The translations under genes and the position numbers were made by a program. A DNA stretch of 32,000 nucleotides from Candidatus Nitrosotenuis cloacae (GTDB lineage: Archaea > Thermoproteota > Nitrososphaeria > Nitrososphaerales > Nitrosopumilaceae): the NCBI RefSeq assembly GCF_000955905.1, contig NZ_CP011097.1:351957-383956 (forward strand), written 5' to 3'. Positions within the stretch are counted from its first letter, which is position 1, and every line of letters starts with the position of its first letter. The notes below the pieces were generated by a model, which was not told the origin of the DNA, searched no databases, and worked only from the letters and a program-made list of their open reading frames with translations. Below, piece by piece: positions 6,338 through 15,211 of the stretch.

Positions 6338-6942
6338 GTCCCGGCTACTTGTTTTTGGACCTTGTCCAAGACGGAATCATCGACTAGTTTTTGTTGATGC
6401 AAGATCTTGGCAATTTCTATTATGTCCAAAAGGTGGTGCAGTTTCACTCCTTCTTTTTGTAGTGCCGAATCTGCGCCCTCTAACCTATTTACAATAACAT
6501 ATGCATCAGTTATCTTTGTGCCTGATTTTTTTAGCTCCCTTATTCCATTTATGACAGAGCCGCCCGTTGTTGCAACATCGTCTATTAGTAGAATCTTCAT
6601 GTCTGGCTTTACGATTCCCTCTACAAGCTTGCCTGTTCCGTATTCCTTTGCCTGGGATCTGACATAGACAAGCGGCTTTACAAGCTCATATGCCAAGGCC
6701 GATGCAATGACTAGGCCTCCTGTTGGGACCGACGCAATGGAATCTATATCATCAAAGCCAATTTGCTCTGAGACTAGGCTCTGCAGGTGCTTTATCATGT
6801 GTCTGAACTGGTGCGGATAGCTAGGAACTAGTCTCAAATCTACATAGTAGGAGCTCTTTTTTCCGCTTGCCAGAGTGAAATCCCCGAACTTGATAATGCC
6901 ACTTTGATGCAAAAATGTTGCAAACTCTTTTACAAACTCCAT
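6325..6942 (-). CDS. pyrE: Orotate phosphoribosyltransferase
   Basis: GDFTLASGKKSSYYVDLR and the PRPP-binding motif KILLIDDVATTGGS. ATG 6942 (MEFVKEFATFL) is preferred to the longer track ORF. Confidence 0.9.
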   Translation of the reverse strand: MEFVKEFATFLHQSGIIKFGDFTLASGKKSSYYVDLRLVPSYPHQFRHMIKHLQSLVSEQIGFDDIDSIASVPTGGLVIASALAYELVKPLVYVRSQAKEYGTGKLVEGIVKPDMKILLIDDVATTGGSVINGIRELKKSGTKITDAYVIVNRLEGADSALQKEGVKLHHLLDIIEIAKILHQQKLVDDSVLDKVQKQVAGTQLS

Positions 6943-6992
6943 ACCAAAATTTACTAGACTGGATTTATTTTGCTTTGTTTTGTGGGGTATGT

Positions 6993-8078
6993 GTGCCTGA
7001 AATCTGGTTAAACTATGGACCAACTGATGTAGTTCTTGATATAAAGGCAGAAAATCTGGACCAAAAAATCGAGCTAGATGCACCGGCACTTGATGTATCT
7101 CAAATTTATGAAAAGATGGACACGATGGATCTGAGCAAACCCCTCACACTTGTAGTACTAAATCACACTCCTGCCATACAAAAGATACTCTCAATAATTT
7201 TTGAGAAATGCTCACAAAAGGCAATTCCGCGGCCAAAGGTCTTTGCAGACAAGCAAATAATGAATCTAGTACGTGCTCATCTTCCACCGGAAAGCCAGGT
7301 CTTGGCATTTGAGGGAATTGAAAATGTTGATTCCAATCTAGTGTTTGTTGGCGAGATGGAGTTTGATGGCTTGTTTGGATTTGATACCATAGCTACGCGA
7401 CTCTTGCGCAGATTTGGAAAAGACCAAATGCTATTGGCATATGAGAGGCGACAGGGAAATCTGCCGAATCCTGGTAAGGAGACAGAGAGCATCCAGATTG
7501 CAAAAAACTTTGCAGGTACATTTGAGATATCTGCAATTGAAATTGTGGCAAACCAAAAGGGAATAGCAGATCTTGCTATAGGTCATCCATCAAGTACACT
7601 ATCAATATCCAAAACAATGAGCGGATTTACAAAATCAATAGAAAAACACCGTACTCTTTTGATTAGCACCGGTAAAGACGCAAGTAATGATACACTAGGC
7701 AAATCTCTGAATTCGCTTTGGAACTGTTACACTGCTATACGTGATGATGGCATGGCAATTCTGCTTGGGGAGTGTAGAGCAGGAATTGGCTCTGAGGCAA
7801 TACGCCAATACATAGAAGGAAGAATGAGTGTTGAGCGACTACAAAAACCGGCAAAATACGTGGATGGAATGGAAGACTTGCTGTACCTATCAGAGATTCA
7901 AAAGAAACTGCAGATTGGCCTGGTTTCTGTGCTACCAGAGTTTTACATCAAAAAGCTAAATGTGATTTCGTTTGATGGCGTCAAAGAAACATTTGAATAC
8001 GTACTAAAACACCAGGGCGCAAGACAAAAGATCTCTATTGTTCCGGATGGCGCAAGAATTCTACTTGGGCCAAACTGA
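6993..8078 (+). CDS. LarA-family (DUF2088, lactate-racemase-like) protein, probably non-canonical
   Basis: It appears collinear with my recollection of LarA: IWLNYG...ENL start, VVLNHTP (LarA SDHTRP), FDGLFGFD (LarA HFFAGFSGG), LLISTG...GMAILLGECRAGIGSEA and a C-terminal ISIVPDGARILL. GTG 6993 is proposed as the start because ATG 6915 would overlap the pyrE N-terminus on the other strand. Confidence 0.6.
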   Translation: MPEIWLNYGPTDVVLDIKAENLDQKIELDAPALDVSQIYEKMDTMDLSKPLTLVVLNHTPAIQKILSIIFEKCSQKAIPRPKVFADKQIMNLVRAHLPPESQVLAFEGIENVDSNLVFVGEMEFDGLFGFDTIATRLLRRFGKDQMLLAYERRQGNLPNPGKETESIQIAKNFAGTFEISAIEIVANQKGIADLAIGHPSSTLSISKTMSGFTKSIEKHRTLLISTGKDASNDTLGKSLNSLWNCYTAIRDDGMAILLGECRAGIGSEAIRQYIEGRMSVERLQKPAKYVDGMEDLLYLSEIQKKLQIGLVSVLPEFYIKKLNVISFDGVKETFEYVLKHQGARQKISIVPDGARILLGPN

Positions 8079-9152
8079 GAATGGTAGTGGTGCACATAGA
8101 ACTGCTAGCGCTATGACCAAAACATAAAGCAATTTTCTATTTTTTGATAATGGTGAGACATCATCTAGTGGTCGTACACTCATGTTTCTCATGCTAAATA
8201 TCAAAATGAATATTGCCATCATCTCATATCGCAACAAAAACAACACTCCAACGCTTGCATATGTTGCGATGCGGTGAATCTTTTGGCCAAAAATTGTGCG
8301 CGCCATGTGTCCACCATCAAGCTGCCATGCAGGAAGCAAATTCAGAAATGTGATCAAAAACCCAAGCCACGCGGCAAACAATACCGGTGACATTAACACC
8401 TCAACGTCTGGGCCTGCCTTGCCAAATGTGGCCAAGGCAAGTGTCATGAATATGCTGTCATCCAGCTTTCGTAATTGTCCATCTGGCAGTGCATCTACGA
8501 TGGATTGATCCAAAATTGGTGAGGTATATGCACCATAAAACGAGACCAAAATAGCAATTACTAGGCCTGCCAATGGTCCTGCAATTGCTACATCAAATAC
8601 AATATTTCGATTTATCAAAAGGCCGCGGGATTGGATCATTGCACCAAACGTTGGCAGTCCTATGACTGGTACACCAGGAATAAAGTACGGCCAAGAGGTA
8701 CGTATCTTGTGCATTTTGGCTGCAACCAAATGCCCTGCCTCATGTATGCCCAAGATCCCAACCAGAGATATTGTATAGAGAATGGCAAAATCCAATGGAT
8801 CTCCAATATAGATCAGGCTGTTTACACCAAGTGTCCTGTAATATCCATCAACCATCACAAAAGCAACTACCACTCCAAAGAGGATTCGCTGAATCCATGC
8901 GCGAGAGAGCAGTTTTTTCTTTTTTGATTCTGGTGGGAGTCGATTTACTTGAATTATAGTTTTGTCCGCTGATTTTTGCAAAAAGCAGATTATTCCAATT
9001 GATTCTAGTTTTTGTGCCAGTGCGACAAATTTCTCCCTAAATTCTGCATCTGCTATCTCAAACTCCATCTTCTCAAGTGTGATGTTTACTGCCTGAACCT
9101 CAAACGTGGATGATACAATAGAAATGACCTGCTCTTGCGTGGGCTCACTCAT
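8061..9152 (-). CDS. Site-2 protease family (M50) intramembrane metalloprotease
   Basis: HEAGHLVAAKMH (HExxH) within a TM helix, NLLPAWQLDGGH and several further TM segments. Its 3' end overlaps the convergent LarA-like gene by 18 nt. Confidence 0.85.
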   Translation of the reverse strand: MSEPTQEQVISIVSSTFEVQAVNITLEKMEFEIADAEFREKFVALAQKLESIGIICFLQKSADKTIIQVNRLPPESKKKKLLSRAWIQRILFGVVVAFVMVDGYYRTLGVNSLIYIGDPLDFAILYTISLVGILGIHEAGHLVAAKMHKIRTSWPYFIPGVPVIGLPTFGAMIQSRGLLINRNIVFDVAIAGPLAGLVIAILVSFYGAYTSPILDQSIVDALPDGQLRKLDDSIFMTLALATFGKAGPDVEVLMSPVLFAAWLGFLITFLNLLPAWQLDGGHMARTIFGQKIHRIATYASVGVLFLLRYEMMAIFILIFSMRNMSVRPLDDVSPLSKNRKLLYVLVIALAVLCAPLPFSVWPK

Positions 9153-9241
9153 TGTTTAACAAAATCCCAAGTCGGGATTAATTGATTTGTACGATTTTCT
9201 ACTTTAACGTTAAATATCGACTGCACAAGAATATCATTACA

Positions 9242-9742
9242 ATGCAGATAATCAACAACCAGACCGGCGATTTCATCATACGAAGATGTGAGCCAGGAGA
9301 TCTCATACCTGTAATGGAGATAAATCTGAAAACCTTACCTGAGCACTATTCCGATTATTTCTATGAGAGTCTTTTAGCAGAGCTGCCTGAAGCATTCTTG
9401 GTTGCAGAACACAAAGGAAAGCTTGTCGGATACATCATGTGCAAAACAGAATATGGATTTTCAAATTTCAAAAAACTCGGATTTGTCAAAAAGGGACACG
9501 TCGTATCTGTTGCCGTACTGGAAGAGTATAGACGACAGGGGCTGGGCAAAGCAATAATCGATGAATGTGTTGAGGGAATCAAATCAAAGCGATGTGATGA
9601 ACTGTATCTGGAAGTGAGATGTAGCAATACTGACGCAGTCCGATTATACGAGAAGATGGGATTTTTCATAAAGCAAAGACTCAAGGCATACTATAGGGAT
9701 GGCGAGGACGCATTTTTGATGGCCATCGAATTTACATACTAG
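9242..9742 (+). CDS. rimI: GNAT N-acetyltransferase, RimI/Ard1 (Naa10)-like
   Basis: YRRQGLGKAII acetyl-CoA motif (R/Q-x-x-G-x-G/A), LEVRCSNTDAVRLYEKMGF. ATG 9242 is preferred to the upstream TTG. Confidence 0.8.
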   Translation: MQIINNQTGDFIIRRCEPGDLIPVMEINLKTLPEHYSDYFYESLLAELPEAFLVAEHKGKLVGYIMCKTEYGFSNFKKLGFVKKGHVVSVAVLEEYRRQGLGKAIIDECVEGIKSKRCDELYLEVRCSNTDAVRLYEKMGFFIKQRLKAYYRDGEDAFLMAIEFTY

Positions 9743-9774
9743 ATTCATATACTTTGGATAAAGTGTTTAGCTAA

Positions 9775-9996
9775 ATGACAAGACGCAAAATGATGGGTAT
9801 TTTCATATTTTGTTCATGCATTGGAGGATTTTTTGTATATGCGTACTTGTTGATGTTATCTGAGTGGAGTCCAATTGTCTTACAGCTTTCAGTACTAATG
9901 ATTGCAGGTGGAATACTGGGTGTGATATCTTGGATTGGTTACATGATGGCAACAACGAAATCATCCCCATCATCAATCTTGCCTGACGACAAGTAA
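9775..9996 (+). CDS. Small hypothetical membrane protein (2 predicted TM helices)
   Basis: ATG start and two hydrophobic segments (GIFIFCSCIGGFFVYAYLLML; VLMIAGGILGVISWIGYMMA). It fills an otherwise empty intergenic gap. No recognisable family. Confidence 0.4.
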   Translation: MTRRKMMGIFIFCSCIGGFFVYAYLLMLSEWSPIVLQLSVLMIAGGILGVISWIGYMMATTKSSPSSILPDDK

Positions 9997-10827
9997 TTAT
10001 TTTGTAATTTTTACATCAACTACCATTTGGTAGTATCGTGGGCCTACTGCTCGCACCATTCTGCCGCCAAGAATTTCGGACTTGACTGGACTGACTTGCA
10101 AATAGTGTTGTTTTGATAGTTCCACTGCATTTTGACGCTTGTCTGCATGCTGGTGCGAGTAATAATGAATCACGCCACCTGATTTTGTTGCAAGTATTGC
10201 GGAATCTAGGAATTCATCTGATCTTTCAGGCAATAGCATCAGGGTACGATCGCCTGTATCTTGGAGCTGCTCTTTTACCACCTGGGACGCGTCGCCATTA
10301 ATTGATATGATTTTTCCTTTCATCTTTTTGTTTAGCTTGATGTTTTGCTCGCAGAGCTTGGAAGCATGAGGATTTAGGTCAATATTGTACACAGTGCAGT
10401 TTTTCATCTTTGCTGCCACAATAGAAAACATGCCGACTCCACCAAACATGTTGATTAGAACCTCGCCGTCTTGAACCAAGTCTGCTATTCTTTTTCGTTC
10501 AGTTGAGAGTCTTGGGGAAAAAAACGCCTTTTCCACGTCTACTCTGAATCTGCAACCATATTCTCGGTATTCTGTTTCGGTATTGTCCTCACCCGCAATC
10601 ACTTCTAGCTTTCTTGTCCTAAAGTCACCTGAGACATCAGAGCTTTGATAAAATACAGAGCGTGCCGGACGCACCGCTTCTAGGAGTGTTTCACCAATTA
10701 TTTTTTTCTTTGATAGTAAGGAGTCTGGAATTCTAACCACAATGATATCGCCTATTTGATCAAATGCTGAATACAGATCGTTTGCTTCTTGCTCTGTTAG
10801 CACTCCCTGCAGTGCTTTTTTTAGCAT
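9997..10827 (-). CDS. trm5: tRNA (guanine37-N1)-methyltransferase Trm5 / Taw22 family (Met-10+ like)
   Basis: SAM-binding MFGGVGMFSIVAAK...VYNIDLNPHASKLCEQNIKLNK. ATG 10827 (MLKKALQG...) is preferred, and TTG 10836 is possible. Confidence 0.75.
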   Translation of the reverse strand: MLKKALQGVLTEQEANDLYSAFDQIGDIIVVRIPDSLLSKKKIIGETLLEAVRPARSVFYQSSDVSGDFRTRKLEVIAGEDNTETEYREYGCRFRVDVEKAFFSPRLSTERKRIADLVQDGEVLINMFGGVGMFSIVAAKMKNCTVYNIDLNPHASKLCEQNIKLNKKMKGKIISINGDASQVVKEQLQDTGDRTLMLLPERSDEFLDSAILATKSGGVIHYYSHQHADKRQNAVELSKQHYLQVSPVKSEILGGRMVRAVGPRYYQMVVDVKITK

Positions 10828-10832
10828 TCGTG

Positions 10833-12617
10833 TCAATTCTTGTAATAGAAATTGCCCGTGTCTTTTTGCTGCTTGTCTAGTCTGCTGCCGGTTTTGTTGA
10901 CTCGAGGCCTTAGTGTCTGCTCGTCTCGCCTAAATGTGATATCAAGCGAATTCAAGAATCGATTCATTGCATCTGCCTTGCTCATAGTTGATGTTCCATG
11001 ACCTTCCTTTCCTGACTCGCCTTCAAAGATTACCATGGTATCGGATATCAAGTCCATTAGCTGAATATCATGATCAATTATGATGGCCGACTTGGCATAT
11101 GATCGGACAAATCTTTGAATGAACTTTGCAATTGCTATTCTGTCTTCGACATCCAAAAATGCTGATGGTTCATCTAGTGCATAGACATCTGCTTTTTTGA
11201 GAAGACATGTGGCAACTGCCACTTTTTGCAGCTCTCCTCCGGAGAGATTCTTGATGGATTTGTTGTATAGTTTTTTGATCTTTAACGGATCCACGATTTG
11301 CTCTTCCTCTATGCTGCCAAAGATTGGACCTTCGTTTGCCTTGTCCAATACTGAAATGACCTCAACATCATAGTCATTTGGAATGTATTGAGGCTTGTAT
11401 GATATGGTGACTGCCTTGTCTATTGTTCCCTCGTCTGGCTTTTCGACACCTGCAATCATTTTCATCATTGTTGTCTTGCCAAGTGCGTTTGCACCCATTA
11501 TTCCCATTACCTCGCCTCGCCTTACCTGACCTGGCTGTACTGTAACTGAAAATGCGGGATAGTTTCTCTTTAGCGCCGGATAATTGATTAGAACTTCGCC
11601 CTTTTCAAAATCATCTTGGGATGATGACACATCAAAGCTGAATTTTTTGTCTCGGAATCGAACATTTTCGTTTGGTAGATATCCATCCAAAAATACATTG
11701 ATCCCTACTTTGGTGGATAGAATTCCAGACACAATACCATATGCTGCCGGCTCTCCGTACAAAATCTCAATATAGTCAGACAAAAAGTCGAGTAGGGTCA
11801 GATCATGCTCTACTACCATTACTGATTTTCCAATGTTTGCCAAGCCATGGATTACTCGGGCTACTCCTCTTCTTTGAAATACGTCGTTGTATGATGATGG
11901 CTCATCAAAAAAGTAAAAGTCCGCATCCCTCGATGCAGCAGCTGCTACGGAAATCCTTTGTAGCTCTCCACCAGAGAGCTCCTTTACATGGTGTTCAATA
12001 GAATTTTTCAAGTCTAGCTCTCTGATCAGATCGGTGGCGGCTCCTCGCTGGTCATACTTGTCTAGTAGTTCCTTACCGGTCCCATCAAAGACCTGAGATA
12101 TGTTGTAGACCTGTTGTGGCTTTATTGCGGCCTTTATTGTTTGATTTTTAATTTTCTCAAAATGATCCTTTAGCTCGGTACCTGCAAATCTTTTTAGAAT
12201 TTGGTCCCATTCTGGAGGATTCTCATATTCCCCAAGATTTGGCTTTAGATTCCCAGACAAGATACTGACCACGGTACTCTTTCCCATACCGTTTCTGCCC
12301 AAGAGGCCTACGACCTCACCCTTTTTTGGTGTGGGCAGACGATAAAGCCTGAACGAGTTTTTTCCATACTGGTGAATCTTGTCAGTCCCAAGTTCTGTTG
12401 CTAGGTTTACTATGGTGATTGCCTCAAATGGGCACACCTTGACGCAGATTCCGCACCCATTGCAAATGTCCTCATCGATTTGCGCCTTTTTTATCTCCTC
12501 ATTCATTATGATACAATCTGCGCCGGACTTGTTTACTGGACAATACTTGATGCATTCAAGGCCGCACTTTTTGGGCTGGCATAATTCCTTGTCTAAAACC
12601 GCTACTCGATGGGTCAC
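10833..12617 (-). CDS. abcE1: ABCE1 / RNase L inhibitor-type ribosome recycling ATPase
   Basis: Two N-terminal 4Fe-4S motifs (CQPKKCGLECIKYCP; CNGCGICVKVCP) and two ABC cassettes (GRNGMGKST/LSGGELQR; GANALGKTT/LSGGELQK). GTG start. Confidence 0.95.
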   Translation of the reverse strand: MTHRVAVLDKELCQPKKCGLECIKYCPVNKSGADCIIMNEEIKKAQIDEDICNGCGICVKVCPFEAITIVNLATELGTDKIHQYGKNSFRLYRLPTPKKGEVVGLLGRNGMGKSTVVSILSGNLKPNLGEYENPPEWDQILKRFAGTELKDHFEKIKNQTIKAAIKPQQVYNISQVFDGTGKELLDKYDQRGAATDLIRELDLKNSIEHHVKELSGGELQRISVAAAASRDADFYFFDEPSSYNDVFQRRGVARVIHGLANIGKSVMVVEHDLTLLDFLSDYIEILYGEPAAYGIVSGILSTKVGINVFLDGYLPNENVRFRDKKFSFDVSSSQDDFEKGEVLINYPALKRNYPAFSVTVQPGQVRRGEVMGIMGANALGKTTMMKMIAGVEKPDEGTIDKAVTISYKPQYIPNDYDVEVISVLDKANEGPIFGSIEEEQIVDPLKIKKLYNKSIKNLSGGELQKVAVATCLLKKADVYALDEPSAFLDVEDRIAIAKFIQRFVRSYAKSAIIIDHDIQLMDLISDTMVIFEGESGKEGHGTSTMSKADAMNRFLNSLDITFRRDEQTLRPRVNKTGSRLDKQQKDTGNFYYKN

Positions 12618-12703
12618 AACCGTATCTTTGGGCCGGTCAATTTATACCTCATTCGTGAATGTGGTCGTAATCTTAATACAGAACAATTGTACGATGACTA
12701 ACA

Positions 12704-12816
12704 AGCCGGCCATAGTGTTAGGGCGCGACCCAGTCTCTTTCCGAACCTGGAAGTCAAACCTAATGTCGCCACTGTGTTACTAAGGTGCGAGAGCCCTTGG
12801 GAAGTAGTGGTGCTGG
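12704..12816 (+). rRNA. rrf: 5S ribosomal RNA (stand-alone); ends approximate to within 3 nt
   Basis: GCCGGCCAUAGUG...CCGAACCUGGAAGUCAAAC...GGUGCGAGAGCCCUUGGGAA...GCUGGC. These are the conserved 5S loop C and helix IV/V elements. The terminal helix is GCCGGC/GCUGGC. A TATA-like TTAATACA lies about 28 nt upstream and a T-run follows. Confidence 0.9.
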
Positions 12817-12861
12817 CATCTTTTAATCAAATTATTATACAAGAATATTTGGTATTATTTT

Positions 12862-12990
12862 ATGCCAATTTGTTCAGTGTGCGGCGAACAATTAGAAAAT
12901 GACATACGTTTCATGAACCACATGATGGAAAAACATGGATTTAGAAACTCTAACGTTGGAACGCCGGATAGAAACTCTAGGGGCTACTAA
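12862..12990 (+). CDS. 42-aa classical C2H2 zinc-finger protein (not in the ORF track)
   Basis: MPICSVCGEQLENDIRFMNHMMEKHGFRNSNVGTPDRNSRGY, giving C-x2-C-x3-L-x5-F-x2-H-x4-H. A TATA-like ATTATATACA lies about 25 nt upstream of the ATG. The 3' end overlaps convergent pepA by 14 nt. Confidence 0.5.
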   Translation: MPICSVCGEQLENDIRFMNHMMEKHGFRNSNVGTPDRNSRGY

Positions 12991-14449
12991 GATAATCAAG
13001 AATTAATCTGACACCAAATCCCGTTGCTCCCTTTGGATTGTATGATTTTTCTTTTGATCCTCCCTGCACCCAGGCAGTTCCGGCAATATCAAAATGTGCC
13101 CATGGTGTGGTACCGACTGCGTTTGCCAAAAATGCAGCAGCTGTAATTGTTCCGGCAACTCTGCCAGGACCAGTATTTCTTATGTCTGCATAATCTGACT
13201 TTATCATGTCCATGTAGTCATCATTGATTGGTAGCTGCCAGACTTGCTCGCCTGTACTCTGAGATGATTTTGCTAGCTTGTCTGTAATTTTTTTATTATT
13301 GCTAATTAGGCCTGCCACGTTTGCACCAAGAGCTACTATGCATGCGCCGGTGAGTGTTGCAAAGTCGATTATCTCCTTTGGCTTGTATGTTTTAATTCCA
13401 TATGATAGTGCATCAAACAATATGAGGCGGCCCTCTGCGTCTGTGTTGAGGATTTCGGCTGTTTTGCCGTCGTATAGTTTTATGATGTCACCTGGTCTGT
13501 AGGATTCGCCTCCAGGCATGTTCTCAACTGATGGTATTATGCCGACCAGATTCACTGGTAGCTCTAATTCTGATGCAGCCTTCATTATTCCAAGTACAGT
13601 GCAACCACCACACTTGTCAAACTTCATCTCATCCATCTTGTCTGCTGGCTTGATGGAGATGCCACCAGTATCAAATGTGACTGCCTTACCTACTAGTATG
13701 ATTGGCTTGTCGCCTTTTTTGCCGTTATACTCTAGTACGATGAGTTTTGGCTCGTTTCTGCTTCCCTGGCCTACTGCAGTTATTCCACCAAATCCTTTCT
13801 GCTTTAGCTCTGATTTGGATAATACCACGCACTTTAGCTTGTTCTTTGATGATAATGATTTTGCAAGGCCTGCAAGTTGTGCTGGGTTGCACTCGTTTGG
13901 TGGAAGATTTGCTATTTCCCTTGTGTAAATTACACCGTCTGATACTGTGTCTGCCTTTGATACTATTGATGAGATCTTTTGATCAGAGGATAGTATGGTG
14001 AGGTTTGGGGATTTTGATTTTTTTTCTTTTTTATATTTATCAAATGAGTATAGTGATAGTTTTGCACCCTCTACTATTGCACTTGTGGTGATTTTACCGT
14101 TGACTGGCAAATTATTTGGAATCACTAAACTATATTCATCAAGGCCTATTTCGGATATTTTTTTGGCAATTTTTCCGGATGTAATCCTAAGTGATTCATG
14201 CGTTATTTTGTGGCGTGGCCCAAGACCTGCAACCAAAATTCTCTGGGCGGCAATCAATCCGTGAGTATGAATGATGGATATTGCGCCAAGCTTTGCCTTG
14301 GTTTCTTTGACTGCCTCTCTTACTGCTTCTGTTAGTTTTTGTGCGGTTTTTGGGAACCCAAGTGGCAGATCTGATTTTTCTGCAACAAAATAGCAAAGCG
14401 ATTTTGTTTTTTTCTTGAGAGGATCTGAGTTTTCTGTTCTTATCAGCAC
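12977..14449 (-). CDS. pepA: Leucyl aminopeptidase (M17)
   Basis: VGKAVTFDTGGISIKP and NTDAEGRLILFDAL signatures. GTG start. Confidence 0.9.
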   Translation of the reverse strand: MLIRTENSDPLKKKTKSLCYFVAEKSDLPLGFPKTAQKLTEAVREAVKETKAKLGAISIIHTHGLIAAQRILVAGLGPRHKITHESLRITSGKIAKKISEIGLDEYSLVIPNNLPVNGKITTSAIVEGAKLSLYSFDKYKKEKKSKSPNLTILSSDQKISSIVSKADTVSDGVIYTREIANLPPNECNPAQLAGLAKSLSSKNKLKCVVLSKSELKQKGFGGITAVGQGSRNEPKLIVLEYNGKKGDKPIILVGKAVTFDTGGISIKPADKMDEMKFDKCGGCTVLGIMKAASELELPVNLVGIIPSVENMPGGESYRPGDIIKLYDGKTAEILNTDAEGRLILFDALSYGIKTYKPKEIIDFATLTGACIVALGANVAGLISNNKKITDKLAKSSQSTGEQVWQLPINDDYMDMIKSDYADIRNTGPGRVAGTITAAAFLANAVGTTPWAHFDIAGTAWVQGGSKEKSYNPKGATGFGVRLILDYLSSP

Positions 14450-14525
14450 AGTTTTGGCTCGTCTTTTTTGTCTCTATTAAGATTTGGGCTTATTGATAAA
14501 TACCGGATCATTCCAACACAAAAAC

Positions 14526-14675
14526 ATGTCAAGTACAAAATGCATATCCTGTGGAAAGAGCTTCTTTTCCCCTCTAGGCCACAACAAGTGTAACATCTGT
14601 GCCAAAAAGGACGGAGACTCTGGCATGGGAGACATGGGACACGGCTCCTGTGGATGCGGTGGACATCACCACTAA
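14526..14675 (+). CDS. 49-aa Cys/His-rich protein: zinc-ribbon (CxxC-x12-CxxC) plus Met/His/Cys C-terminal tail
   Basis: MSSTKCISCGKSFFSPLGHNKCNICAKKDGDSGMGDMGHGSCGCGGHHH. ATG 14526 lies inside the track ORF 14484-14675 (TTG). Confidence 0.45.
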   Translation: MSSTKCISCGKSFFSPLGHNKCNICAKKDGDSGMGDMGHGSCGCGGHHH

Positions 14676-14780
14676 CATTTTCTTTTAATTAATTTCTAAA
14701 ATATTTACTCTGAATTTGCTATTTGATCGTTTCTGATACAAGGCCGGGGTTTTGCGGAAATAAACTGCCGACATTGCTGC

Positions 14781-15143
14781 TCACTTTGTTTTGTCTTCTA
14801 CAAGCTTGAATTTGGATAGCTGCTTGTATAGCATGAATACGATTGCTGCAATTATCAAAAAGTCAATAATGTTTGCAATCAAGTCTCCGTACTTGAAATC
14901 GGATGTAACGCCAGTGAATTGGTTTGTCACGGAATATTGTAATGTTTTAAGATCACCAGATGGTAATGCAAGACCTACTATTGGGTTGATTATATCGCTG
15001 ACTAGTGCAGTGACTAGTTTTGATGCAGCTGCACCAATTACAAACGCTATTGCAAGACCTATGATTCCAAAAGTCTTGAGAAAATGAGCAAACTCTGCTA
15101 CGAATCCTTTCTTTTCCTCTGGTTTGTCTGACACACAAATCAT
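14781..15143 (-). CDS. mscL: Large-conductance mechanosensitive channel
   Basis: GFVAEFAHFLKTFGIIGLAIAFVIGAAASKLVTALVSDIINP... followed by a second TM helix and KQLSKFK, the typical MscL layout. Confidence 0.85.
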   Translation of the reverse strand: MICVSDKPEEKKGFVAEFAHFLKTFGIIGLAIAFVIGAAASKLVTALVSDIINPIVGLALPSGDLKTLQYSVTNQFTGVTSDFKYGDLIANIIDFLIIAAIVFMLYKQLSKFKLVEDKTK

Positions 15144-15211
15144 TGCCTTGAGGCTGTATATGCAAAATGGTGTTTGAATGGATTAGATCTTTTTGTGAAA
15201 TTATATGACTT

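Noticed and set aside
6915-6992. ATG 6915 as the start of the LarA-like gene
   Set aside because: It would overlap the pyrE N-terminal coding region on the opposite strand by 28 nt and add a hydrophobic, non-homologous leader. The LarA-type N-terminus (I-W-L-N-Y-G) begins just after GTG 6993.
12626-12634. CTTTGGGCC, a third partial copy of the tRNA 3'-end repeat, upstream of the 5S gene
   Set aside because: It is only 9 nt, so one such match is expected by chance in a window of this size (about 0.2-0.3). It has no flanking similarity.
12379-12783. 134-aa ORF extending from inside abcE1 (antisense) across the 5S rRNA gene
   Set aside because: Its 3' part is the 5S rRNA sequence itself and its 5' part is antisense to ABCE1. 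It is not a credible protein.
12704-12816. Isolated 5S rRNA gene, unlinked to 16S/23S, as an anomaly
   Set aside because: An unlinked 5S gene is the normal arrangement in Thaumarchaeota and many other archaea.
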